IMG/VR virus record: IMGVR_UViG_3300047323_000675
DNA from: a virus
Strand: one strand, 5' to 3'
Length of the DNA stretch: 64,000 bases
In this document: in pieces, positions 20,924 through 30,490 of the stretch
How the letters are laid out: every line of letters begins with the position of its first letter
Numbering within the stretch: the first letter of the stretch is position 1
The notes under the pieces: model-generated
Database searches by the model: none
Seen by the model: only the letters and a program-made list of their open reading frames with translations
Told to the model about the DNA's origin: nothing
Position numbers and translations under genes: made by a program

Positions 20924-21807
20924 ATGATTTATATGAAAAGTATAAAAAAATCGATCCAAAAAATTTAGCTAATGTTCTTCTTCAAAAATGTATTGAAGGT
21001 TGTTTAGATGAGATCCGTTATGTATTAACTTCTAAAGAATTTGGAAAAAATTTAATCATAAATGATAATTTACTTCATATTGCATGCAAAAATGGACATT
21101 TAGATATAGTTAAATTTTTATTATTATCTTCAGAATTGGAAAAACCATTGAGAGTACAAAGTTCTTTTAATACACCATTAATTGAAGCTGCAAAGAATGG
21201 ACATTTAGACATAGTTAAATTTTTATTAACCTCAAATGATTTAAAAGAACATGCTGATATTCATGCTCAAGAAGATCAAGCCTTAATATGGTCTATTACG
21301 AATAAACATTCTGAAGTAGCTAAATATCTTTTAATTTCACCTGATTTAAAAGAACATGCAAATATCCATGCAAAAGATGGTATGCCATTTGTAATGGCAG
21401 CAAGCACAGGTAACTTAGAATTGGTTAAATTTTTATTAACATCTCCACTTTTAAAAGAACATAGTAATATTGATGCCTTAGATAACCGTGCAATAGTTTG
21501 GACAGTTACAAACGATCATATGGCTGTTACTAAATATCTTTTAACATCACCTGAACTTAAAAAGCATGCGAATATTCATGCACAAGAAGATTCGGCTTTT
21601 GAAGGTGCTTTAAGAAAAAATAACTTAGAGATGATTAAATACTTAATTTTTGATATAGGTATTCAAAGGAATGAATATATAAATCAATATTTTCAATATC
21701 ATCCAAATGCAGAAGTGGAAAACTGGTTTAATTTATGTGAATTGAATAAAGAATTAAGAAATAATTTAGAAACAAATAATCCTAATATAAAGAAATCTAA
21801 AATATGA
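20920..21807 (+). CDS. Ankyrin-repeat protein with tail
   Basis: Regular 35-aa repeats (KNGHLDIVKFLLTSNDLKEHADIHAQEDQALIWSI); tail IKKSKI. Confidence 0.85.
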   Translation: MNDLYEKYKKIDPKNLANVLLQKCIEGCLDEIRYVLTSKEFGKNLIINDNLLHIACKNGHLDIVKFLLLSSELEKPLRVQSSFNTPLIEAAKNGHLDIVKFLLTSNDLKEHADIHAQEDQALIWSITNKHSEVAKYLLISPDLKEHANIHAKDGMPFVMAASTGNLELVKFLLTSPLLKEHSNIDALDNRAIVWTVTNDHMAVTKYLLTSPELKKHANIHAQEDSAFEGALRKNNLEMIKYLIFDIGIQRNEYINQYFQYHPNAEVENWFNLCELNKELRNNLETNNPNIKKSKI

Positions 21808-22625
21808 AAAAAAGTTATTTTGATAAATTTAATGATTTATCACAAGAAGAACTGAATAAAGAATTAGAGTCAGCTTGTAAAAAAAATGATTTAGATGCTA
21901 TTAAGTATCTTTTAACATCACCTGAACTTAAAATTCATGCTGATATACATTCAGGTCGTAATGCTGTTTTTAGAATAGCTTGTGTATATGGTCATCTTGA
22001 TATCGTGAGATATCTATTAACTGATAAAAATTTAAAAGAAAAAATTGATATTCATATAGATGATGATATAGGTTTAGCTTTAGCTGCTTCTTACGGTGAA
22101 TTAAAAATAGTTAAATATTTATTAACTTCACCAGAATTAAAAGAGCATGCGAATATACAAGCAGATGATAATAAGGTCTTGAAAGCTGCCTGTATATTTG
22201 GTGATGTAGGATTGGTAAAATATTTATTATCTTCTCCTGAACTAAAGCAACATGCAGATGTTACTGTAGAAAATAATTTTTGTTTCATTGAATCACTTTC
22301 ATTAGGTCATATAGATTTAGCTAAATATTTATTAACTTTTGATGAAATTCGAAACCACCCAAATTTTGATAAACATAAAGAAAAGGTTTTTCAAAAAGCT
22401 TTAGCTAACATAGAAAATTCTGAAGAGATTAATGGACGGATGTTAGCAATTAAATTTTTAATTTTTGACTTAAATATAGAAAAAAATCAACAGATTGAAA
22501 ATTATTTGTCTGATTTAAATTTTAAACAAATAGAAGATTGGTTTTCTTTAAGAGAATTAAATAAATCATTGGAAAATGAGTTACCTGTAAGTAAGCATGC
22601 AGCAAATACAAGACTTAAAGTTTGA
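21804..22625 (+). CDS. Ankyrin-repeat protein with tail, last gene of the array
   Basis: GHLDIVRYLL repeats; tail NTRLKV. Confidence 0.85.
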   Translation: MKKSYFDKFNDLSQEELNKELESACKKNDLDAIKYLLTSPELKIHADIHSGRNAVFRIACVYGHLDIVRYLLTDKNLKEKIDIHIDDDIGLALAASYGELKIVKYLLTSPELKEHANIQADDNKVLKAACIFGDVGLVKYLLSSPELKQHADVTVENNFCFIESLSLGHIDLAKYLLTFDEIRNHPNFDKHKEKVFQKALANIENSEEINGRMLAIKFLIFDLNIEKNQQIENYLSDLNFKQIEDWFSLRELNKSLENELPVSKHAANTRLKV

Positions 22626-22773
22626 TTCTTTCTTTCAAGAAAATTTCCTTTAAGAATCAAAAACATATAGCTAACCTATATGAAGCACGATTGAAAAAAA
22701 GTAGTTGCATTTTTCTATAAAGGTATTGTATAGTTCACCTACTGGTTAACTACTGATGCCTACAGGAGCTATC

Positions 22774-23229
22774 ATGAAGATCATGATGTTTGAGGGGACA
22801 CCTCAAGAGTTAAAGGAAATTAAGCATTTTGGTTTTTTTGATTCAAACCCACATACTGACCTTCCACAAAAAGGAGAGGATATTGGAGTTAAGACAGTTA
22901 ACAGTAGTGAGGAAGAACTTACTAAAGAAGCTGTTATTAGTGCATTGGTGCGTCATGGTGGGCTAACCTCTAACCAGAAAGCAATTGTTAAAGCTATTTA
23001 TGAGCACGGTAAAGAAGGTATTGCATCTAGTGAGATTTCAAAAATTACTGGATTTATACCAAGCACTATAAAGGCAACAATGAGAACAATAGGTAAGCGT
23101 GTTGCTCATACCAAAAATTGGCCAGATGGAGTTAAGGCATTTGATCAATATTGGACTGGTTCACAGAATATTTACAAATTGCACTCGATTATGAGAGAAG
23201 TTTTTGATGTTGGTGCAATTAAGCTGTAA
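22774..23229 (+). CDS. Putative winged-HTH DNA-binding protein
   Basis: LTSNQKAIVKAIY..GIASSEISKITG..STIKATMRTI resembles a wHTH; AGGAG RBS before 22774; more GC-rich than flanks. Confidence 0.5.
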   Translation: MKIMMFEGTPQELKEIKHFGFFDSNPHTDLPQKGEDIGVKTVNSSEEELTKEAVISALVRHGGLTSNQKAIVKAIYEHGKEGIASSEISKITGFIPSTIKATMRTIGKRVAHTKNWPDGVKAFDQYWTGSQNIYKLHSIMREVFDVGAIKL

Positions 23230-23241
23230 TTAAGATAACCT

Positions 23242-23301
23242 GGAGCCTTTGGCTTCTTAGAGGTGGCTCGCTGGCCTTATGGTCGCGCCACCTCTTTTTT
23301 T
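23242..23301 (+). terminator. GC-rich double hairpin or terminator
   Basis: GGAGCC-ttt-GGCTTC, then AGAGGTGGC...GCCACCTCT plus T7. Confidence 0.65.
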
Positions 23302-23318
23302 ATTCCTAGGAGATGTTT

Positions 23319-23753
23319 ATGAAAGAATTGGAAGAAATTGAAGAAATTGCTAAAGGTATGCGTGAGATTCTTGAGCGTATTTTGTTAGATAGCATAAAAA
23401 CTACAGAGACAAGTGGGGTTTGTCTATATGGGGCAATTCTCCTATCTAATGCTATTAATCAATTTGCTGAAGCAAAAGCAATAGTGTGCGGTGGTGGACC
23501 AGAAGAAAATTGTGGAATTATTGATAAAAATGGTGATAAAAAAGGTCATTATTGGGTCGAAGGAACGACTAATAATGGTGTGCATTTTATTGCCGATATA
23601 ACTTCAGATCAATTTGAGTACCCTAAAGTTGTAGTTCTTAATGAAGATCAGGGTGGCAATAGATATTTCCCAGGTCATCATGAAACAATTCAGCAACATG
23701 TTAAACAGGAAATTAAATCATGTATGCAAAGTGGAAAAAAATACAATCGTTAA
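23319..23753 (+). CDS. Putative transglutaminase/papain-like fold protein
   Basis: GVCLYGA...GHYWVE...IADITSDQF gives a plausible Cys-His-Asp triad; AGGAG RBS. Confidence 0.45.
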   Translation: MKELEEIEEIAKGMREILERILLDSIKTTETSGVCLYGAILLSNAINQFAEAKAIVCGGGPEENCGIIDKNGDKKGHYWVEGTTNNGVHFIADITSDQFEYPKVVVLNEDQGGNRYFPGHHETIQQHVKQEIKSCMQSGKKYNR

Positions 23754-23807
23754 TTTGGTTTTTGGTTTAGAATAGTTTAAAATAAGAAAATAACTTATTT
23801 TATAAAT

Positions 23808-24506
23808 ATGAAATCAATAGATGCTGGAATTTTTTTTGATCAGATGATAGATGACTTAAATAATGGAAATTTAAGTAGAAAATCTGAAATGGTAGAATTT
23901 TTTAAAAAATATAATACTAATCCTAATCCAACAAAAACCAACATCATGCAAACTTGGTTAAACTATGTTTTAACCGATGCTTGTAAGAATGGCCACTTAA
24001 ATGTTGTAGATTTCGTATTGACTTCAGAAGAATTGCCCCTTCGTGCTGAGATTAACTTTAATAAAGATTTAGCATTATTTAATGCATGTGAGAATAATCA
24101 TTTAGATATTGTTAAATTTCTTTTAACCTCAACAAAATTACAAGAACATGGAAATATTCATGCACGAAACCAATCAATATTGACTTATCCATGCAAGAAT
24201 GGATGTTTGGAAATTATTAAATACCTTACATCCTCACCTGATTTAAAAGAACATGCGGATATTCATGCCAATAATGATGAGCCATTTATGAACTTAGCAT
24301 ATAATAATCATTTGGAAGTAATTAAATACTTCATTTTTGATTTAAAAATGCAAAAAACCTCTAATATTATTCATATTGCATCTCAAGTTTATCATATTGA
24401 TTTAGAAGAACAACTTGATCAGTGGGTTAAAGTAAGAGATTTCAAAGAACTCGTACAAGATTTGCCAACCAATGAAAGTAAGACTAGCAATAAATTAAAA
24501 GTTTAA
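23808..24506 (+). CDS. Ankyrin-repeat protein with tail
   Basis: ACKNGHLNVV, NHLDIVKFLLTS; tail SNKLKV. Confidence 0.85.
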   Translation: MKSIDAGIFFDQMIDDLNNGNLSRKSEMVEFFKKYNTNPNPTKTNIMQTWLNYVLTDACKNGHLNVVDFVLTSEELPLRAEINFNKDLALFNACENNHLDIVKFLLTSTKLQEHGNIHARNQSILTYPCKNGCLEIIKYLTSSPDLKEHADIHANNDEPFMNLAYNNHLEVIKYFIFDLKMQKTSNIIHIASQVYHIDLEEQLDQWVKVRDFKELVQDLPTNESKTSNKLKV

Positions 24507-24553
24507 AATTTTTAACTTTACTTTTTTCCTATTTCTAATATGATAGCTCCAAT

Positions 24554-25639
24554 TTGGAGAGTATTTTGGATTTATCAAAACCATTAATTATCAATACAGA
24601 GCTTTTTTTGCAATGTCATGGGCATTGTTCAGGATGTTTTTTAACTGAAATAGAAAGAATGGAAGAAAATACTCATTTAAACAAAATTCGCAAACCAATA
24701 TTAGATTTATTAAGTAAAGAAGATAATTATACTCATGTCATATTAGGTTTTGGTAGAGGTAATTTACTTAATTTAGCTGAGAAAAGCCTCAATGATTTAT
24801 TAAGCCTAATGCAAGATTGTGAATCATTAGTTTCTAAAGATAAAATAACATATGAGGTTTCCTCATCTTTAATTGGTAAGATTGATAGTCAAATAGAAAA
24901 AGCTGCTTTCCTACTTAATAAAAATAAAAATATTTACTTCAATGTTGTTATTAATTCTGAGATTACTTCAAATAATTTTTGGACTAATTGGGAAAAATTT
25001 TATGATGCGAATTCCAATATAAGAAAATCATGGGGAATGTCTGATAACTTTTCAGATATTTTGGTTTTAAACATAAATCCTCAAATATTACCTGATTTAA
25101 ACTTTATAGAAAAATATGTAGCTCATCATGGTTCGCCATTCAATATTAGCTTATTTCCATTTAGTAGTAATGAAATTTCTAATGATGACTTATTGGCTTT
25201 AAACAATTGGTCAATTAAATTGTGGAATAAGTTTAAGCATAAAGACTTAAATATTAAAAATTATTTAGAATCATTAAATAAAGTAGATATTGGAAGTGAT
25301 TTAGTAGATATTATAAGTTATCATGAAAGTAATAAAAATGCTTATTATTTTGTAGATAAAAATGGGGAAGTTACACCAGGCTCGTTATCTATAATGGGTG
25401 AAGTAGATTATGTGAGATTAGTAAATAAATTTAGCACAAATCCAGATCCAAAAAATGCTTTAATGCTTATGCAAAAAACAAAGCCTTGCAATATGTGTGA
25501 ATACCAAAAGGAATGCTTATTAAGTGGTGCTTATTTAAATATGGTAAACAATTCAAAAAAAATAAAAACTGCAAAACATTGTTTGAGTGGTTATGCACCA
25601 ATTTTTGAATTGTCAGCTAATTCACATATTTCTTCATAA
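24554..25639 (+). CDS. Divergent radical SAM protein with C-terminal SPASM/Twitch-like Cys motif
   Basis: CHGHCSGC (CxxxCxxC) near N-terminus; CNMCEYQKEC...C near C-terminus; TTG start. Confidence 0.7.
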   Translation: MESILDLSKPLIINTELFLQCHGHCSGCFLTEIERMEENTHLNKIRKPILDLLSKEDNYTHVILGFGRGNLLNLAEKSLNDLLSLMQDCESLVSKDKITYEVSSSLIGKIDSQIEKAAFLLNKNKNIYFNVVINSEITSNNFWTNWEKFYDANSNIRKSWGMSDNFSDILVLNINPQILPDLNFIEKYVAHHGSPFNISLFPFSSNEISNDDLLALNNWSIKLWNKFKHKDLNIKNYLESLNKVDIGSDLVDIISYHESNKNAYYFVDKNGEVTPGSLSIMGEVDYVRLVNKFSTNPDPKNALMLMQKTKPCNMCEYQKECLLSGAYLNMVNNSKKIKTAKHCLSGYAPIFELSANSHISS

Positions 25640-26826
25640 TGCTTAAAAAGCTGTTTAGCAACATGAAGACATTCTAGCTCCTTAATATTCTTTTTAATTG
25701 CTAATGCAATATTAATATCTTTTTTAGCTGCTTGATTAAGAACATAATTATAGATGTGAAAACCACTATTTGCACAATATTTATTATATTCACAACTATT
25801 GCATGGTTCTTTAATAAATTGTTTAGTAACATTTTTCTTAGTTTCTACCAAATGTTTAGAAAACATTTCTTTAATACTTAATTGTTCAACTACATTTCCA
25901 ATTGCATCAAAACCTAACCTTGGAGTATGTGCTATATCGCCAATTGCTTCATATTTTGGAAATATGTTTCCTTTATCATCAATTTGAATACTTTTATGAA
26001 CTAACTCTGGCAAATTATATTCAAGATTTTCTTGGAAAGATAATTCTTGTTCAGGCATTTTGCATTTTAAATTATTAATAGTTTTGATAATAACTGGTCT
26101 ATAACTAGTATCTAAATTTTTACTTTCTGCAATTAACTCATCAAATTTTAAAAGCCATGAAGCCAATTTTTTTTGATTCATATAAACATATTGAAGATTA
26201 TCAAATGTAGGAGTCCAATTAATTGTTACTTCATCAAATTCATTTTGTAATGCAAAACTAAATAATTCGTCAGGAGTAATTGCATTAATTGCTTCTTCAC
26301 TTAAATTAATTGCTAAGTCGACTTTACCTATTAATTTATTAGTTTCAATTATATTTTTTTTATAAACTTCCGCAAATTTTTTATGATATAAATGTTTAGG
26401 ATCTAATACTGCAATAATATAAAAAGGTATGCCTCTTTTTTGACTCAAATCATACATAAATTTAACTTTATCCATGATTACTTCATGTTTGCCAATCATA
26501 CTTGCACTATAGAATATTCCATTATACGGATTAGAAAGATTTGCGGACTCTATTAGGCTTGCACCTAAATCATAGGTATTTGCTAAATAATCTTTAGACA
26601 TTAAGAAATGATCAGCAATACCATAAGTTAAATTAATTTTTTCTAAATTCTTTAGTGTTGGAATATATTCTTTAAGTTTATTAATAGCATGAATCATTGT
26701 TGTTGGTGCCATGTCTGCATTATCAGATTTCCTTTCTAAAGAAGAAAGTGTGCAGCCTGGGCAATGACCAGGACACCCATAAACATCATCTATTTCTATT
26801 TGAATTTCATTGCTATATTGAGACAT
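25591..26826 (-). CDS. Divergent radical SAM protein with C-terminal SPASM/Twitch-like Cys motif
   Basis: CPGHCPGC; CNSCEYNKYC...C; ATG 26826 follows upstream TAA with GGAG RBS. Confidence 0.72.
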   Translation of the reverse strand: MSQYSNEIQIEIDDVYGCPGHCPGCTLSSLERKSDNADMAPTTMIHAINKLKEYIPTLKNLEKINLTYGIADHFLMSKDYLANTYDLGASLIESANLSNPYNGIFYSASMIGKHEVIMDKVKFMYDLSQKRGIPFYIIAVLDPKHLYHKKFAEVYKKNIIETNKLIGKVDLAINLSEEAINAITPDELFSFALQNEFDEVTINWTPTFDNLQYVYMNQKKLASWLLKFDELIAESKNLDTSYRPVIIKTINNLKCKMPEQELSFQENLEYNLPELVHKSIQIDDKGNIFPKYEAIGDIAHTPRLGFDAIGNVVEQLSIKEMFSKHLVETKKNVTKQFIKEPCNSCEYNKYCANSGFHIYNYVLNQAAKKDINIALAIKKNIKELECLHVAKQLFKHYEEICELADNSKIGA

Positions 26827-26827
26827 A

Positions 26828-28132
26828 TTAAAACTCCAATCTCTTAAATCCATCAATCATATTTTGTAAAAATACACGATCTTTTTGGAACTCTCTAATA
26901 ACTGGTAAGTAACCATAACAATCTTTTCCATCATCTTCTTGGAATTTTCTAAAAAATGGAATAGCATGAGAAGCACAAAAACTTTTATATTTACATCCAG
27001 CACATTTTTTATGTTTCATTAAATGTAAAATATTTTGATGGAGCATTTTCTCTAATACACCATTAGGGTCTGTAACTATCTCATGAATTGGTGTTTCAAC
27101 GATATTCCCTAGTTTTGGAAAACCAAAGTTATTATCTAGTACATGTTGTCCCATAGATTCAGACCATAAATATAAATCCAAATTATGGTCAATATAAAGA
27201 CTAGTTAAGAAAATATCACGAGTTTTATCTTTAATGATACGGATATCAAAAGGCTCTTCCGGAATTTCATTTTCAATAAAATCAAAGTCTATACTTCCAT
27301 CTGGTCTAATAGCTTGATATTCTTTATATTCATCAAGTAATGTTACTGCGTATTCTGCAATAGGAATTGGATGAATATTAAGCTTATATTGTAAAATCCA
27401 ATGAGCAACTCCAGTTAACCATTGAACTTCTTGGTCAACTGATACAACTTGCTTCATATTAAAGTTTCTAGTCTTTGATGGAGTATAACGACCAAATTGC
27501 ATTTGTGTTTCAATAAATCCTAATGGGGCAACACATTCATCAACAAACTTTTTTGGATCACTAAATTTATCTAGTAATCTTTTTGTAATTAAAACTTCAG
27601 GATATCCAAGAATTCCATGATTACGCATTTCTAAAATCATGTCTTTAAGTTGATAAGGATTATCAACTATAGGGTCATAAATAATTTCTAAAAAAATTCT
27701 ACTACCATTAGGATTATTTTCAGGTTTAGTTAATTCGTAAAATTTTGAAATATCATCAGTTGGTGCTGTTGAGAAAACTTTAAATTCAGCATTCATTGTT
27801 TGGCTTATATCCAATAAGATCTCTAAAGGAAGTTCACTATGATTTCCAAATCTGAAAGTATAGCTAAAATGATTAACTTTAAAACCATTTTTACCAAAAT
27901 ATCCGGTTTCTTTAGTGTTTAAATTTTGCTGAATCCATGCATAATATTCCTGAACTCTAGTGTGAATAAGTTGCATCTGTTCATTAGACAAAATAGGCTG
28001 TAATCTCTTATTTTTGAAATAAGTATCAACTAGGCAGCCAGGACAACCTTTACCGCAACCATCATAACTATGAATTGCTATTTGTAAATCATCCATAACA
28101 CCTAATGTACTATTTGTTCTTTCAAAAATCAT
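26828..28132 (-). CDS. Divergent radical SAM protein with C-terminal SPASM/Twitch-like Cys motif
   Basis: CGKGCPGC; CAGCKYKSFC...C; AGGA RBS before ATG 28132 (track start 28222 overlaps the divergent gene). Confidence 0.72.
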   Translation of the reverse strand: MIFERTNSTLGVMDDLQIAIHSYDGCGKGCPGCLVDTYFKNKRLQPILSNEQMQLIHTRVQEYYAWIQQNLNTKETGYFGKNGFKVNHFSYTFRFGNHSELPLEILLDISQTMNAEFKVFSTAPTDDISKFYELTKPENNPNGSRIFLEIIYDPIVDNPYQLKDMILEMRNHGILGYPEVLITKRLLDKFSDPKKFVDECVAPLGFIETQMQFGRYTPSKTRNFNMKQVVSVDQEVQWLTGVAHWILQYKLNIHPIPIAEYAVTLLDEYKEYQAIRPDGSIDFDFIENEIPEEPFDIRIIKDKTRDIFLTSLYIDHNLDLYLWSESMGQHVLDNNFGFPKLGNIVETPIHEIVTDPNGVLEKMLHQNILHLMKHKKCAGCKYKSFCASHAIPFFRKFQEDDGKDCYGYLPVIREFQKDRVFLQNMIDGFKRLEF

Positions 28133-28196
28133 AAATTTCCTAACTTGTGTTTTTATCAGTTCTTTTATATATTGTTTTAAGAAAAAAAGCAAATTA

Positions 28197-28991
28197 ATGA
28201 TTATGGAAAAAATTATATACAAATGGATTGAAACGCTTATTAATAATGGGGATATACCGTTAGAAATAATTGATGATAACTTTACTATTGAAGATGGTAT
28301 GAATTTAGAACAATATTGGGAGTATGAAAAATCAAATTTTAATCAATATGCAGAGAATTGTAGACTTAAAGAAGGTTTTAATATTTCAATTGTTAATGCT
28401 CAAAAATTAAATGCCAACAAGAATATTGTCTCTTTTTATGTAAAAAATAATTTAGGAAAAATTATTTTCAAAATGAATTTGACAATTTTAAATAATAGTA
28501 AAATTTCATCAAATAATTATTATTCCCATATCGTCCCCAAATTTGTAATTGAAAAAAATAAAATAATAAAATTAGGTTTAGCAATTAAATCACCAAAAGA
28601 AATAGAGAATATAATTTCTAGTGATTTAGAATTAATTAGCTTTGATAAAAGTTCTAGTTTTAACGAAGATGGTTTTTATACTGCTCAATTTGAAATTGAA
28701 GATGAAATACAAAATAAAGTATTCAATTTTTATATAAAAATGGGTGAAATAAAGGAGAAAAGAACTATATTCTTTGATAATTTTGATTTATCTCTTTGTC
28801 CTTATATTCTAGGTGATTGGACAATGATAACTAAAGATGATGCTTATCCAGTTAATCTTGCAGTTTATTACATAAATGGATTGATTAAAAATGTTGCTTA
28901 TCCAATAGCAGAATTAGAAGGATTATATGGAGTTAAAAAGATTATTGTTACTGATTCATTAGATAATGATTGGATAATAAATGTAAAATAA
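28197..28991 (+). CDS. Hypothetical protein, divergent from radical SAM operon
   Basis: 264-aa ORF, no motif recognised, no tail. Confidence 0.6.
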   Translation: MIMEKIIYKWIETLINNGDIPLEIIDDNFTIEDGMNLEQYWEYEKSNFNQYAENCRLKEGFNISIVNAQKLNANKNIVSFYVKNNLGKIIFKMNLTILNNSKISSNNYYSHIVPKFVIEKNKIIKLGLAIKSPKEIENIISSDLELISFDKSSSFNEDGFYTAQFEIEDEIQNKVFNFYIKMGEIKEKRTIFFDNFDLSLCPYILGDWTMITKDDAYPVNLAVYYINGLIKNVAYPIAELEGLYGVKKIIVTDSLDNDWIINVK

Positions 28992-29062
28992 AAGTTTTAA
29001 TTGATTTCTTCTTTTCTTGAGTTATTTATTTTACATCTTATAATTAAAAGAAAAGGTCAAAT

Positions 29063-29482
29063 ATGGATAAAGATAACTGGATAGAAAATTACGAAAAAAA
29101 TTCGGATATTATTGAAAAATCTTTAAAAGAGAATAAAGATTTTACTTGTTCTGCATTTTTCTCTTTAGGTTTGGCTAGTATAGGAGCAGCCGTTACAATT
29201 TCTTCTAATTCTGAGCCATTATTAGCTAGTGGTATTGCAGCAGTATTAACTGGATTAGTAATGGGTGGTTATTTTTTTATGAGTAAAGAAAAGAATAAAG
29301 AAATAATTGATACTAAGATGATAGTGCTTGAGAAAATTTATAATTTAATGCCAGAAAAAGATAAAGATTTATTAAACCAAAAAATTCAATCAAAACAAAA
29401 AACAATTGAAAAAATCAAGTTATTACGCGAAACAACAATTGTAAGAGAGGATGGAATCACTAATCCTTTTGCCATTAGATAA
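29063..29482 (+). CDS. Hypothetical membrane protein (2 TM)
   Basis: Two hydrophobic helices; AAGG RBS. Confidence 0.65.
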   Translation: MDKDNWIENYEKNSDIIEKSLKENKDFTCSAFFSLGLASIGAAVTISSNSEPLLASGIAAVLTGLVMGGYFFMSKEKNKEIIDTKMIVLEKIYNLMPEKDKDLLNQKIQSKQKTIEKIKLLRETTIVREDGITNPFAIR

Positions 29483-29491
29483 AGGAATTAT

Positions 29492-29911
29492 ATGCAAATT
29501 ACTGAATTAGTGAATATGTATGAAACTACTGAAAGTAATACTAGAGAAGCCAATCAAAAATATTCTTTTTATAAACATGCTTGTTTTTTATCTGTTGGAT
29601 TGGCTGTTGGTAGTATCGCAGTATATAATCTTACAAATGGACATTATAATAATATAAATGATGCTAGTATTTTGACATTCATAGCTGGTTCTTTATCCAC
29701 CTTATATCTGAAGATGACTAAAGATATGTATAAAAGCCTACTAGATAGTAGAACAGAGACATTAGCCAAATTATGTCAATTAATGACTCCTGAAGATGTA
29801 GCAACTGTTAAGATAAGAAGATTAGAGATGGAAAACTTAAAAGAAGAAATGAAATTAAGTGATAAAAATTTTTTGAAATCTAATAAGAAATTAAAAAAGA
29901 TTAAGCCATGA
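29492..29911 (+). CDS. Hypothetical membrane protein (2 TM), Lys-rich C-terminus
   Basis: Similar layout to 29063; ends KKLKKIKP; ATGA overlap with next gene. Confidence 0.65.
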   Translation: MQITELVNMYETTESNTREANQKYSFYKHACFLSVGLAVGSIAVYNLTNGHYNNINDASILTFIAGSLSTLYLKMTKDMYKSLLDSRTETLAKLCQLMTPEDVATVKIRRLEMENLKEEMKLSDKNFLKSNKKLKKIKP

Positions 29912-30489
29912 TGACTTTGTATGAAAAATATAAAAATGCATCTTTGGATGATCTTAATAAAGATTTAGTAAATGCTTGTATTGAAGGAGAATTAGAAATT
30001 GTTCAGTATTTATTATCCTCAACGGACTTAAAACAACATGCTGATATTAATGATGAAGACTGTTTGGCTTTCTGCTTTGCTTGTTCTACAGGTAACTTAG
30101 ATATTGTAAAATACATGCTAACTTCTCCAGAATTAAAAATTCATGTGAATATTAATGCTAAAGAAGGAGAGCCTTTAAGTTGGGCTTGTGAAAATGGTCA
30201 ATTAGAGGTAGTAAAATATTTACTTAGTTCATCAGACTTAAAAGAACATGCAAATCTTCATATAAATAATGACAATCCTTTTGCTGCTGCTCATATGAAT
30301 TATCACGATGATATTACAAATTTTTTAATCTTTGGTTGTAATATTGAGAGAAACAATAATATCAGAAGGATTCTTGCTGAAAAACCTGATGAACAAATAG
30401 ACTCTTGGTTTAAGTTAAGAGATTTAAATAAAGAATTAAACTCGGATTTAATTAATCACGAATCTAATTTAAAAAAACCTAAATTATAG
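29908..30489 (+). CDS. Ankyrin-repeat protein with tail
   Basis: GELEIVQYLLSS repeats; tail LKKPKL. Confidence 0.85.
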   Translation: MMTLYEKYKNASLDDLNKDLVNACIEGELEIVQYLLSSTDLKQHADINDEDCLAFCFACSTGNLDIVKYMLTSPELKIHVNINAKEGEPLSWACENGQLEVVKYLLSSSDLKEHANLHINNDNPFAAAHMNYHDDITNFLIFGCNIERNNNIRRILAEKPDEQIDSWFKLRDLNKELNSDLINHESNLKKPKL

Positions 30490-30490
30490 T

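Noticed and set aside
6851-22288. Short minus-strand ORFs inside the ankyrin array (6851, 8834, 9003, 9687, 10310, 10754, 11173, 20119, 22091)
   Set aside because: Antisense shadows of real genes; no RBS or family motif.
23230-23310. Integron attC site
   Set aside because: No RYYYAAC/GTTRRRY ends and no integrase in the window; the T tract fits a terminator better.
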